Positions 42,701 to 54,700 of a DNA stretch of 64,000 bases are shown in pieces. Both the position numbers and the translations under genes were made by a program. How positions within the stretch are numbered: position 1 is the first letter of the stretch; each line of letters begins with the position of its first letter. The notes beneath the pieces are model-generated. The model was given only the letters and a program-made list of their open reading frames with translations. It searched no databases and was not told where the DNA came from. Source of the DNA: Antedon mediterranea. Its lineage: Eukaryota; Animalia; Echinodermata. Location: contig NC_092670.1 in assembly GCF_964355755.1 (NCBI RefSeq), forward strand, positions 29,376,388-29,440,387. The letters are read 5' to 3'.

Positions 42701-45700
42701 ATTTCCAAATTTCCAAATGTAGCTGACGTGTTCAAATTCTTTTTTAAATCTATAATCATAATCCATCATATTGATGCAGGTACTATACAATCATAATCCA
42801 TCATATTGATGGCAGGTAATTTCCAAATTCCCGAATGTAGCTGACGTGTTCAAATTCTTTTTTAAATCTACAATCATAATCCATCATATAGATGGCAGGT
42901 AATTTTCAAATGAAGCTTACGTGTTCAAATTCTTTTTTAAATCTATAATCATAATCCATCATATTGATGGCAGGTAATTTCCAAATGTAGCTGACATGTT
43001 CACATTTTTAAAAATCTATAATCATACTCCATCATATTGATGGCAGGTAATTTCAAATTTCAACAAATGTAACTTGCGTGGTTTTTTTTTAATCTATATA
43101 AATCATAACACATCATATTTGATGGCAGTGAATTTTATAATTTTACTAATTATTATTGTGTATAAATAATTTCATAGTTATGCAATTATATTATATTTAG
43201 TATACAGTAGGCCTATGCTGTAGTTTAAAGGTCAATAACCATACCATACCATAACTGGACAAGATCGACGACTTAGAACAGTATAGTCGACGAAACTGCC
43301 TACTTTTGCATGGTATGCCTGAATCACCTAGAGAAGATACTGACGAATTAGCTATTAATTTAATAGGCTCTAAAATAACAGACAGTATTGAACTAAGCGA
43401 TCTTGATCGAACTTATCGCCTAGGTAAAAGGAAGTTAGACGCAACAAAATCAAAACCACGGCCGATTATCATCAAATTTACGTCGTACCGTTCCCGATCA
43501 GAAGTCTTTAAAAACAAAAAAATGCTTAAAAAGTCAGGTTTCACAATCACAGAAAACTTAACATCTAAACGCCTTAATCTGCTTCATAAGACCTCAAACA
43601 ATGAAGCTGTGGAAGCCGCATGGTCAATCGACGGGCGTATTACATGCATACTAAAAAGAAACAAGAAAAAGATGGTAATCAAATCGGAGTCTGATCTTCG
43701 CTGTATCTAAATGATCGCCTTTCAGGACGTTCTTCATGGATCAACGAACAGATAAGTACTCTCGTAACCTTTGTGTTATCTGTTACCAATTGAAACTTAA
43801 CTTTCATCATATTGACATTTCTGACTCTTTGCATGTAATGTTATTGTCTCAAATCAAAAGTAATATCATCATAATCATTGCATTGACTTCTTATGACGTT
43901 TTCTCATGATTTTCACCTTTTGTATTTTACTTACCCATTTTCGCCATCGATTTCGGCTTGATTTGTTTGTGTTTTATTTCTCTGTTTTTTGTTTTATGTT
44001 ATTACCATATTCACACAGAGTATTGACCTTTGTATGCTTCAATATTCAATACGTTTGTGCTTGCGTGTGGGTGGATGGGTGTTGGTGTGTGTGTGATGGT
44101 GTGTTTGTGTGTTATATCTTATTGGCATTGTTTCTCAGTATAAAAAATCTTTAAATAATCAGATTACATTGCCATGTGTCATTGCTTTGAACACTATTAT
44201 CATCCAAGTGTTTAAGTGCCTGATTGCCATATTCATGTAGTTTTCATAATTGTTTATACCATTCCATAATGTTCTCTTGTTGTTTTGCAATTTTTAGTTC
44301 CTTGCCGGAGTTCTGCTTAACTCGCCTTACTTTGACAGTCTTGTTTTTATGCATTGTTAATTTTTCTTTTTTCCAATATTCAGTTTGATCTAATATTTGT
44401 TTATTTATTTATACAGTGTATATTTATTTATATATATTTTATACATATATTTTAAATTATATATTAACTAGTATTTTCACTGAACAGATTTCTCTTTTTA
44501 TATTTTCATTTTTTACTTGATGTACAACCTTAACGCAGATGACGGAACATCGTACCACGACCGATTATCAAACATAAACTTCTTCCCCTTGCCCAGCTAT
44601 TCAGACAACCGTAACATTAACAGGAACCTTGGCAATTCTACATCTAACATTGATCCCGACTCTAATTTTTTCACCAACAGCAACCACAGTCCCTCTCAAT
44701 ATTATGATCCTAATGAATTTCCTGTTGACTCACTTTCTGATTGCTTCTCCACTATTCATTTCAACTCTAGAAGCATCCTCAAGCACATTGATGAAATTAA
44801 ACAACTCCTATCATCCATTAATCTGCCTTTCGATATTATTGGAGTAAGTGAAACTTGGCTCAAGTACGATAATCCTTTGGTCCAACTCCCAAATTATAAT
44901 TTTGTCTCTAACCACAGAACCCATAAAGACGGTGGAGGAGTCGCCATGTATATCCTTGATACTCTACAATTCTCCATTAGAAGTGACCTACACCCACACC
45001 CTTCCAACTGCGAATCCATCTTTATTGAAATTAAACGGCCTCATCACAAAAACATTATAGTGGGTACTGTATATAGACCCCCCTCCTCTGACCCAAATCA
45101 ATTCTTAATTGAACTTGACATTGTCCTTTCCAATTTAACAAAAGAAAATAAAAATGTTTATATTCTTGGAGACTTTAACATTGACATTCTTAAACATGAA
45201 TCCGACAATACTGCCCGTCAATTCATTAACACACTGTTTAGCAATCACTATCTTCCACTTATCGACAGACCATCCAGAATAACAAATTCCACAGCCTCAT
45301 TATTAGATAATATTATTACAAATCAATTTGATTGTTCTCATATAAGTGGTCTGCTATATAGTGATATCTCTGATCATCTCCCTGTTTTTAATATTTCAAA
45401 CCTCTCTGATAATTTTGCCACTAGCTCAAACAATGAAGAGATCCCATCTCTCAGACAGATTAACAATACGTCTCTTAACAACTTTTACCATGATGTCTCT
45501 AATCAAACTTGGTTTGATATCCTTAATTCTAATGATCCTGACTTTGCTTATGACCTCTTTGATAACACACTTAAAGCCCTTTATGACCAACACTTCCCGT
45601 TACTGAAAAGGAACAATACAAACAAGAACAAAAAAATTAAATCTTGGATGTCAAATGGACTGCTAAAATCAATAAAGTATAAACATAAACTCTATGCAAA

Positions 45701-48700
45701 ATTTCTTCACCGCCCTTCTCCTGCCAATGAAATCAAATATAAACGATATCGTAATAAACTTAACTCCACTATCAAAATTGCCAAAAGAATCCACTTTCAT
45801 GATATTTTCACCAAGCAAAAAAATGATATTAAGGCAACCTGGAAATCAATTAACTCTTTATTGAACCATAAAAACCGAAACCAACACAAAGGCAATACCC
45901 CTGTCAACTGTAACGGAGTACCAACTAAAGACCCCGTCATTATTTCTAAAGCATTTAATGATTTTTTTGTCGAAATCGGACCCTCCCTTGCTAACAAAAT
46001 CCCTCCCAGCAATGTTTCTTTCAAAGAATTTCTTCCTCAACCAAATCCGAAATCAATGTTCTTAACCCCCGTCCTAGAAGAGGATATCATAAGAATTATC
46101 TCCTCCTCCGATAACAATAAAGCTCCTGGTACTGATGATTTCCATACTAAAGCCATTAAACATGTTATCAACCTTATCTCCCTTCCCTTGTGTCACATTT
46201 TTAATCTTGTCCTCTGCAAAGGTGTTTTTCCGAACAGGTTGAAGCTGGCGCGCGTTACCCCTGTTTACAAATCTGGCCCCAAATCCAACCTTTCTAACTA
46301 TCGTCCTATCTCCATCCTGTCAATCTTTTCGAAAGCCTTGGAAAGAATTATCTATGATAGAACATTTTCATTTATCAGCAAACATAACATCCTCTTCAAG
46401 AGACAATATGGCTTTAGAAAAGGACATAACACCTCCATGGCTTTGATCGACCTCACTAACAAAATTATTCATGCATTCGAAAATCGTCAATTTGGAATCG
46501 GACTTTTCATCGACCTTTCCAAGGCTTTCGACACCATTGATCATAATATTCTTCTTTTTAAATTGTCTCACTATGGAATCCGAGGACCCGCCTTAAACGT
46601 TTTCAAAAGCTATCTCACTAACCGCTCCCAATGTACTAAATATTTTAACTCTATTTCTAATTTTTGCCCTATCACCTGTGGCGTTCCCCAGGGCTCCTTA
46701 CTTGGCCCGCTTCTGTTCACCTTTTACATTAATGATATCCACCGAACCTCAAACCTGCTAAATTTTTTTCTATATGCTGATGACACTACAGTTTTTCATG
46801 CCAACAAAAATATCCAAACTCTTTTTGACACCTTTAATACCAACGTTATCCCCTTGTCCCAGTACTTTATTGCCAACAAACTCTCCCTCAATCATAATAA
46901 ATGTAGTTACATCCTATTCGGAACCCCGCAGTTGACTAGAGGTATTGATGTGTCCCCATTTAAAGTCGTTATTGATAATCAAGAAATCCCCTCTGTTAAG
47001 TATAATAAATTTCTTGGCATTATCATCGACAACTCTCTCTCATGGAAACCCCATATCCAAGAAATTGAGAACAAAGTGTCTAAGAACCTTGGGATCATTT
47101 CTAGGCTTTCTTCCTTCCTCCCAACTTATATTCTCAGGACCCTTTATTGCACACTCATCCTTCCTTATTTGAGCTATGGTAACATTGTCTGGGCCAACAC
47201 TTACCCTTCAAACATCATTAAACTCTCTATCCTACAAAAAAAAGCTATCAGGACTATATCTGGCGCTCATCCACTGTCACATTCCTCCCACTTATTCTCC
47301 AAACTCAATCTTCTCAAACTCTCGGACATTAACCTATCCCAGCAAGGTGTCTTTGTTTTTTTGGCCACTCACTCACTTCTCCCTTGCCATCTAAACGACC
47401 TTTTCGCTCCTAATAATACCGTTCATAAATATTATACTAGAACAAGAAATAACATATATATCCCTAACCATAACACCAATTATTTTCAACATAGCATTAG
47501 ATATTCTGGACCTCTATTGTTTAACAATTTACCCCCCTCAATTTCCTGTGCTGCCAACCGCTATTCATTTAATAATAACATAAAAAATTACCTTTTGTCT
47601 CATTACTGATCGATATGATTGATATGGTCGTTTTTTCCATGTTCCGTGACTTGCTATCTTTATTATTCAATTGTCATCATATTCGCTATATGCCATGCAG
47701 CTGTACTTTTTTCTGTTCTTTTTTTATTTTTTATTCCAACTTTTATCTACTGGTTTTATATATATTTTGTATTTCTTTATTGTCTAATTAATTTATTTTC
47801 TTTATTTATATATATTTTTTTTTTTTTTTCTTCTCTTATTTAAATATTTTGTAAAGGCAATCCCGTCACAAGATTGTAATCTTTTTGGGATTTGCCTTCG
47901 TCCATTTTCTTGTTTTATCACTTGCCATTTTGTTTTTGTTACTTTTGTCTTTTGGACGTGAATAAATGTTCCTTGAATTGAATTGAATTGAACTATCGGC
48001 CATTCTTGTACAAAATATAAATTTTGAGACATTATGTAAAGATATCACACAGTCTGATCTCGGAACTTCGCTCTCAAATCTTGATTTATCAAGTAAAGTA
48101 CGACTATATGTCACCACTTTGAGTGAACTTCTTGACAAACACGCACCACCGAAAAAGAGAACAGTAAAGGTCCGACCAAACACTAGTTGGTATAACAGTG
48201 ACATCTATGCTGAGAAAAGAACAAAGCGTAAGCTTGAAAAGAAATGGAGAATCTCTCATCTGGAAATAGATCGTCAAGCTTACATTGCACAGAAGAGGAA
48301 TGTAAATTCCATGGTAAGAAAGGCAAAGGCCAACTACTACATTGGCTTGTGTGAAGAACATGCAGCAGATCAGAAAGGACTTTTTAAAATTGTTAACCAA
48401 CTCCTTCATCATCGCCAGGTATCACCTCTCCCAGATAGTCTTTCTGACTTAGATCTTGCGAACAGGTTCTGTCAGTTTTTCACAGACAAGATCAAGATCA
48501 TCAGAGACGACTTCAAGATTGATGACATGTCATTTAATGAGCCTGTGACAGCTGTTCATCAGCATCTCACAACATTTACACCAGCATCTCAAGATGAGAT
48601 CCGCAACATTCTGATGAAATCACCAACAAAATCATGCAGGTTAGATCCAGTTCCTACTTCTATACTGAAGAAGTGTATAGACGCAGTCGTTCCAATAATA

Positions 48701-51700
48701 ACGGAAATCATTAACCATTCTCTTAATACCGGCATAGTGCCAGATGAACTGAAAATTGCTCACGTTCGTCCTTTAATAAAAAAGCAAAACTTGGATCATA
48801 ACACGCTGAAAAATTACCGCCCGGTGTCGAATCTTTCTTTTCTTGGAAAGACTCTGGAGCGTGTAGTGACATCACGCATTACTCCATATCTTCAAAAGCA
48901 TAATTTAAATGAGAATTACCAGTCGGCATATCGTGCATGTCAGAGCACGGAGAGTTCCCTTTTAAAGGTACAGAATGATTTGTTACAAGGAATGAATGAT
49001 GGGAAAATAACGCTATTGCTGTTGTTGGATTTGTCAGCAGCGTTTGATACAGTTGATCACCAAAGACTGATAACCCGTCTGAGAAATCGCATTGGCATAA
49101 ATGGTGTTGCTCTTAACTGGTTCCAGTCATATCTTACAGGAAGACGTCAGCTAGTCTGTATCAATGATGCATTCTCAGATGAAGCTTGCCTGGAATATGG
49201 TGTACCACAGGGGTCAGTAATTGGGCCTGGCCAGTTTTCCATTTATACGCTTCCCCTTGGTGACATTATTCGCAAACACAGTCTACATTTCCATTTCTAT
49301 GCAGATGATACACAGATTTATGTGTCAGTAAATCCAGTGCAAAGGGATGTTGCTGCAGCAATCAGTAAGATGGAAGCCTGTATAGAAGATGTTCGCAATT
49401 GGATGACAACAAATTACCTAAAGTTGAATGATGGAAAGACAGAGTTTATTATCGTCGGGTCTAAATGTAACATCTCCAAAATCAACATCACACATATCAG
49501 AATCGGAAACTCTAACATCGCTCCCTCATCGGTGGTCCGGAATCTGGGAATCATGCTGGATAGTAATCTCACTATGGAAGAACAAATAACAACTGTATCC
49601 AAAGCAGCATGCATATCGATTAGGAACCTTGGTCGTATTCGCGGTAATCTTAACAAGAAAACAGCTGAATTGATTGTACACTCATTTGTCACTTCTAAAA
49701 TTGACATTGGTAATGCCTTGTTGTTTGGCATACCAAAATCTCAAATACAACGTTTGCAGCGCTTGCAAAATATGGCAGCTAGAATTGTAACTTATACAAA
49801 ATCAAACGCTCACATAACTCCTGTCCTGATGGATTTGCATTGGTTGCCTGTTCAACAACGTATTAAGTACAAACTTGCGTTGTTTGTATTCAAGATCCTA
49901 AATGACAGTGCTCCTGCTTATTTATCTGACCTTGTGGATCGTTACGAATCATCCCGCAGAGGCCTACGATCATTGTCACAAAACCTTCTTCAAGAGCGTA
50001 GAGCGAAAAATCAGTGGGGTCAGAGATCTTTTTACGTTGCGGCCGCAAGTGTATGGAACAGCTTACCAGCAACAGTTAAATGCTCAACTAGTCTAAACAG
50101 TTTCAAGACCAACCTAAAGACGTCGCTATTCGCTGATGTTCTCGCACGTTGTTAATGCACAAAGCGCCATGAGCGCCACATGGGTGGAGGATACCGGCGC
50201 TATATAAGTTTTCATTTATTATTATTATATTAAAATATGCCATTAGATAGAAACACACATGTTTTAAACAATTTAAAAAGAAAACAAAATTCATAAGACC
50301 ACAATTTTCAAAGTTATATTATTATTATATTATTATATTTGACTAATAGTTCAAAGGTCAATAGTTGTAGAATCGGCCATGTTTTGTAAAAACATTTCAT
50401 TATAATAAATATGAATGTATAGTTTCTGAACAATTTGAGCCCTGTTTCGTGTCTTTCCGATTATTGGTTACTGAGATACGATAAATCAAGGTCAAAGGTC
50501 AAAATGTCAGAAATAAGACTTGCATCCATTTTTTGAGAAAATGTGTCATTAAAGTGAATATAAAAACATATATTTAAAACATTTTGAGACCAAAATTAAT
50601 TATCTGTGACTAGTGGTTCTCGAGATATAGGGTAATTATAAAAAATGGCCGCCATTTTTAATTATGCAAATTAAGGGCTTAGATGGCCGAATTTCGCTTG
50701 GGATCCGCCATATTCGTAATCAGCGAGGTCGAAATATCCTAAATCAAGTGGATCCCAGCTTCTACCCAAAAATGCTTCTTGATTCGTTTTCTAGGCCGTT
50801 TTCTGAGAAATGGAACCTGTCTATCTACCCGGATAGAAAAACTTGTGGTGCCATCCGGATGCTGACACAGGTGATTGGTGGAAAGAGGCCCCCGCCTCTT
50901 ATGATAGCTCTGGTTATCAGTCACCCGTCGGCTCTTATACACTGGCGTTGTGTGATTGCTCTCATCGCTGTTTTTAGTGAAGACCTGTGGAAGGAGTGTG
51001 GTCGTCGGGCTGAAGAGGAGGAGCCGGCATTGGACAAGGCCGCCAAAGAGGAAAGCGACAGGAAGAGAGCATGGAGAGCGACCGACCAAGCGCGATGCTC
51101 CGCCTAGGGATGGTAAATCAGTGGCGGTGCCACCGATTGTGCAGGGAACATCGGCCTCGCTTGGTTCGGCGCCCAAAGTGTTTGACGCCTGTTTCCATCT
51201 GGACCGGCTGCAGAGGGACCTGCAACTTTCTTGACGTGCAGACCTTTGGGACGTGGAGCGAGCGGTGCGGGTGAAAAGTGAAACGCAGCCTGTGGAAGTG
51301 GTAGGCGGGATTGCCCTGTTTGGCGATCCAACCACTTACCCCACTGAGCGGGAGATTGGCGGATTTGCGAGGAACGGCTGTGCGATGGACTTGGGAGTGG
51401 CTCCTGGCTACTCGACGACAACGGTCCAATTCGATAGGCTTCTGGCCTGAACTCGAGATGTTCGAGTAATCGGGAGAGTGGGATTGGATCATTCGGCCCC
51501 ACCTACGGACTGGCCAAGACAAGATCAGCTGCTAAAGAGGGTGTTGGGTCGTTGCTTGGACGGCCGCCACCACCACCGCATCCTGTGTCTGGACATCACT
51601 GGAGTTCAAGGCGAGCTCACCGGGGAGGAGTGCTACTATCGCGTCTTGGACATCTTACGTCTAAGTCGCGTGTCGAAGGAACAGCGGCTGCTTCTGGCAG

Positions 51701-54700
51701 ACTACGCTTCTACGGAAGACGTAGCAACCACCTACCTCCAGCATTTCCCCAGGACATACTTCAGTGTGACCAGCCGAGTGACGGGCTTTACAGCCGATCA
51801 ACGCAAGGGCATGCGTTTCATCGCCACGAATGAGGATCGGCGACTGCTGATGGGGTCCAACGGACCGGACTATCCTCCAGCCGGATATCCAGTCGGAGCA
51901 CCTTATCTGTTGTGGGCCGTCGCCGTGGGACAGGTGCTCAACCGGAGTATCATGCAGGTCATTGATCTGACATGGAAGAACGGTCGAGATCTCCTTTGAG
52001 CCCCTGGCTCACCCACAACCAGAAGTTTTCAGTTTTACCAGAAATTTTCCGTTTGAAAAGAAAACAGTTCCATTTCACATTTATTTTTATTTATATCTTT
52101 CAGGTATCCGGGGAAGCAGAGGACGGTGCTACTGGCATGTCCCACGGCCATTGACTACCTGAAGCGGTCTACATAGCTACGGGTATCTGGTATTTATCAC
52201 GTACGAAAATCACCTGGTTTACCCCCGAGGTGGATCCAGGACGGGGTGGCCGCTTTTCAAACACAGGAGGAGTATTGTGAACGGCGCCCGCTGAGTAAAC
52301 CCCTCCGACCGAACGAGGGCGTCGCCCCGATAGCTTGATTTGCATACAGGGGGTATGAAAATGTTAACGTGGGACCTCAACGCCGCCCGAACCGGTCTAT
52401 TTGAAGCAGGAACTGAAGAGAAACGGACATACCGAACTTGACTAATATATTTGGATTTGCTGCTTTCGGATACTTGTGTGGTTTAGGACAAGCGGGACTG
52501 ACTAAGGTAAGCCTAGTAGCTTTAATTATCAGGCCATTCCAGCACCCACCTAAAATCACAACATCATTAATCATATAACAGACCTCACAACTTGGAGAAA
52601 TGAAATATTGGGAGGTCATAATAAAAGCATATCCAAACTATAGAGAGCACTTCTAGGCCTTGTGCTTTCTGCGGTAGGCCAAGCTTCTAGGAGTATTCAC
52701 CTAAAAAGGTAAGTGAACATAGTTCATAGACCCATGTTATAAAACAAATAATGCACAAGTCTAAGTTTGTGCGTTAGTGGAGATGCGGCGCACTCTCTGG
52801 TATTCACAAAGTCGTGCAACATGTCGCACAATTGTAATTGCACCACATTTTCACTAACGCACCTTGACTTGTTATTTGTATAATTAACGTCGTAAGGAAA
52901 CTCAGACAGCATCATACTATGTCGGTGCTGTCTAACTGGAAGCCAACAAATAAGTCATTCTGTAGGAGAACATGTTTAAATTTCTTGTAATCTTGACAAT
53001 TCACCAGGCATCGTCGTATGTAGCTGTCTGAGTTGGAAATATAGAACATATGTTTTTGATTCTCTATCTCTCTAGAACAGTAGAAATTATAAATTTATAC
53101 ATATCGGAATATTTTTTTGTCCCAAAAAATTTGAAGAAATTGCATATTAGCAGGAGTGTGTGAGATGACAATGGGGAGACTTCCGCAACTGTAGGAGTGA
53201 ATTTTGATATAGTAGCTCAGTTACCCCAAACATTTAATTGTATCAGTGGTACTAATAATAATACAACTTCTATGAAGCGCTCTGTTTACTGATGTCTCAC
53301 AGTGCTAACAGCAACAATGATTGAAAAAGGTGATATTTTAGAAGTGATACACTGATGGATATGGAGTGGTAGCTGGTTTCAAACCAATGGTGCTTATCCA
53401 AAACCCCTGTTAGTAAGGTGTGTTTTTGGAATGAATAAAGTAATTAATATTGTAGATGTAAACATACAAGTGTATACTAGTGTACACATATAAGTGGGGC
53501 ATATATACAACTTACTTGGACACCGTACATTTGTGCAATGTGACACAACATGAGAAAAGTAAAATCAAACAGCAAAGCTCTCACTTGGCTTTGTTTACCG
53601 CCTTCTCCACTAGCATTCTTGGCCCATTCATTAAACCTGTTCAAATAACAATATTAGTCTATAAAGTCATGTATTGTACATGTTTGGAAACGAAAAACAT
53701 AATAAATTATATTGGTGGCTTGCTAGTCAACCATTGATTATTGTTTGTAATTCTTGATGTGTCAAATTAAACATGAAATCACATAAAATCTACCACTATT
53801 CTCTTTCCATTTACTCGACAAGATAGTATTTGAACGATGGTATATCAGAAATTATTTGTCATGCAATTGTTACCAGGTACAGATTTAAACAGGCTTTAGC
53901 CCCTACTAAAGATTTTAACAGCGCCATGTCTTTTTTACCTCTTTTAAAAATTAAAATAATGATTATTTTTTAATTTGTAATTTTCCGTTTGTAATATCAG
54001 TAAGGTTAGTGAAGTTGCACACAATACACGGACACATGAATAATATGAATGTTCTGTGATCAACATGGAGTAGTGCTCTCAATGTTTTCATCAATAAAAA
54101 AAAAACAATCCCCAAATGAAGTCTACAGCAGAAAATACAGGTAATGATTTTCATTTTCTCATACTGAAAAAGCATGAAATAAAAATTTGCCGCTCGATGA
54201 AAATGAAAGAATAATAATATTAATTAAGGTCTACCTGATGAGTTTACTTGTAAAAATCTTTAGCTTTCCTGTGCCTGCTTCTGCAGCAACGATCAAATTA
54301 AAGCTTTTTCCTTCTATCAGTTGACCAAGAACCCCCAGAAGATCTTCCTGTATCTTGGAGAAGTCAGGATCATTGAAGGTCTATAGAATAAATTTTCATT
54401 GATTTAAATCATATATTGCCATAGACCTGTAACTAGAACTATAGGTGGGTCTGGCAAGGTGGCAGTGTACAATCTTTAAGCATAACATGGGTTGCATCAG
54501 TTGTTATGAAAGACACTGCCCTGTTATATTCTAATTCAGAAGAATTGTTGCCTCTCTTGGGCGATAGGTATCAAAGTAAAATAGATTTAGAATAGAACCT
54601 GGATCAAAAATATAAAAAGATAAACGTATACATTGTGTAAACTGAATAATCCCTTGTAGTCAATGGGATTTAGACTTTTAACTCACACAAATTGCAAGAA

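Larger units (their letters stand above)
43244..47992 (+). mobile_element. CR1/L2-group (Crack-like) LINE D, 5'-truncated within ORF1, (TTGAA)n tail
   Basis: ORF1 fragment, spacer of about 800 bp, intact ORF2, aataaa and gaattgaattgaattgaa; the arm of B resumes on both sides. Confidence 0.92.
36475..50823. mobile_element. Academ (AcademX-like) fold-back DNA transposon B with about 2-kb inverted arms
   Basis: tcta|TAGACAAGTTC ... GAACCTGTCTA|tcta (4-bp TSD); XPG-like remnants ([23 protein letters not shown]) and LPPT..H..RA..GW..Cys-rich C-terminus; left arm 36475-38467 mirrored by 38929-50823 minus insertions. Confidence 0.88.
29404..52563 (+). mobile_element. Gypsy/Ty3 LTR retrotransposon A (about 8.8 kb once the nested insertion is removed)
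   Basis: LTRs 29404-29684 and 52273-52563 (TGTTGTGA..TCACAACA); PBS; PPT aggaggag; flanks tcag/tcat; order gag-PR-RT-RH-INT-ORF3. Confidence 0.95.

Noticed and set aside
43711-44540. Intron joining LINE D ORF1 to ORF2
   Set aside because: An acceptor-like ccttaacgcag exists, but I found no donor in a compatible phase
50739-51522. Overlapping minus-strand ORFs, or an env gene, in element A
   Set aside because: GC-rich shadow frames of ORF3; no signal peptide, furin site or TM anchor
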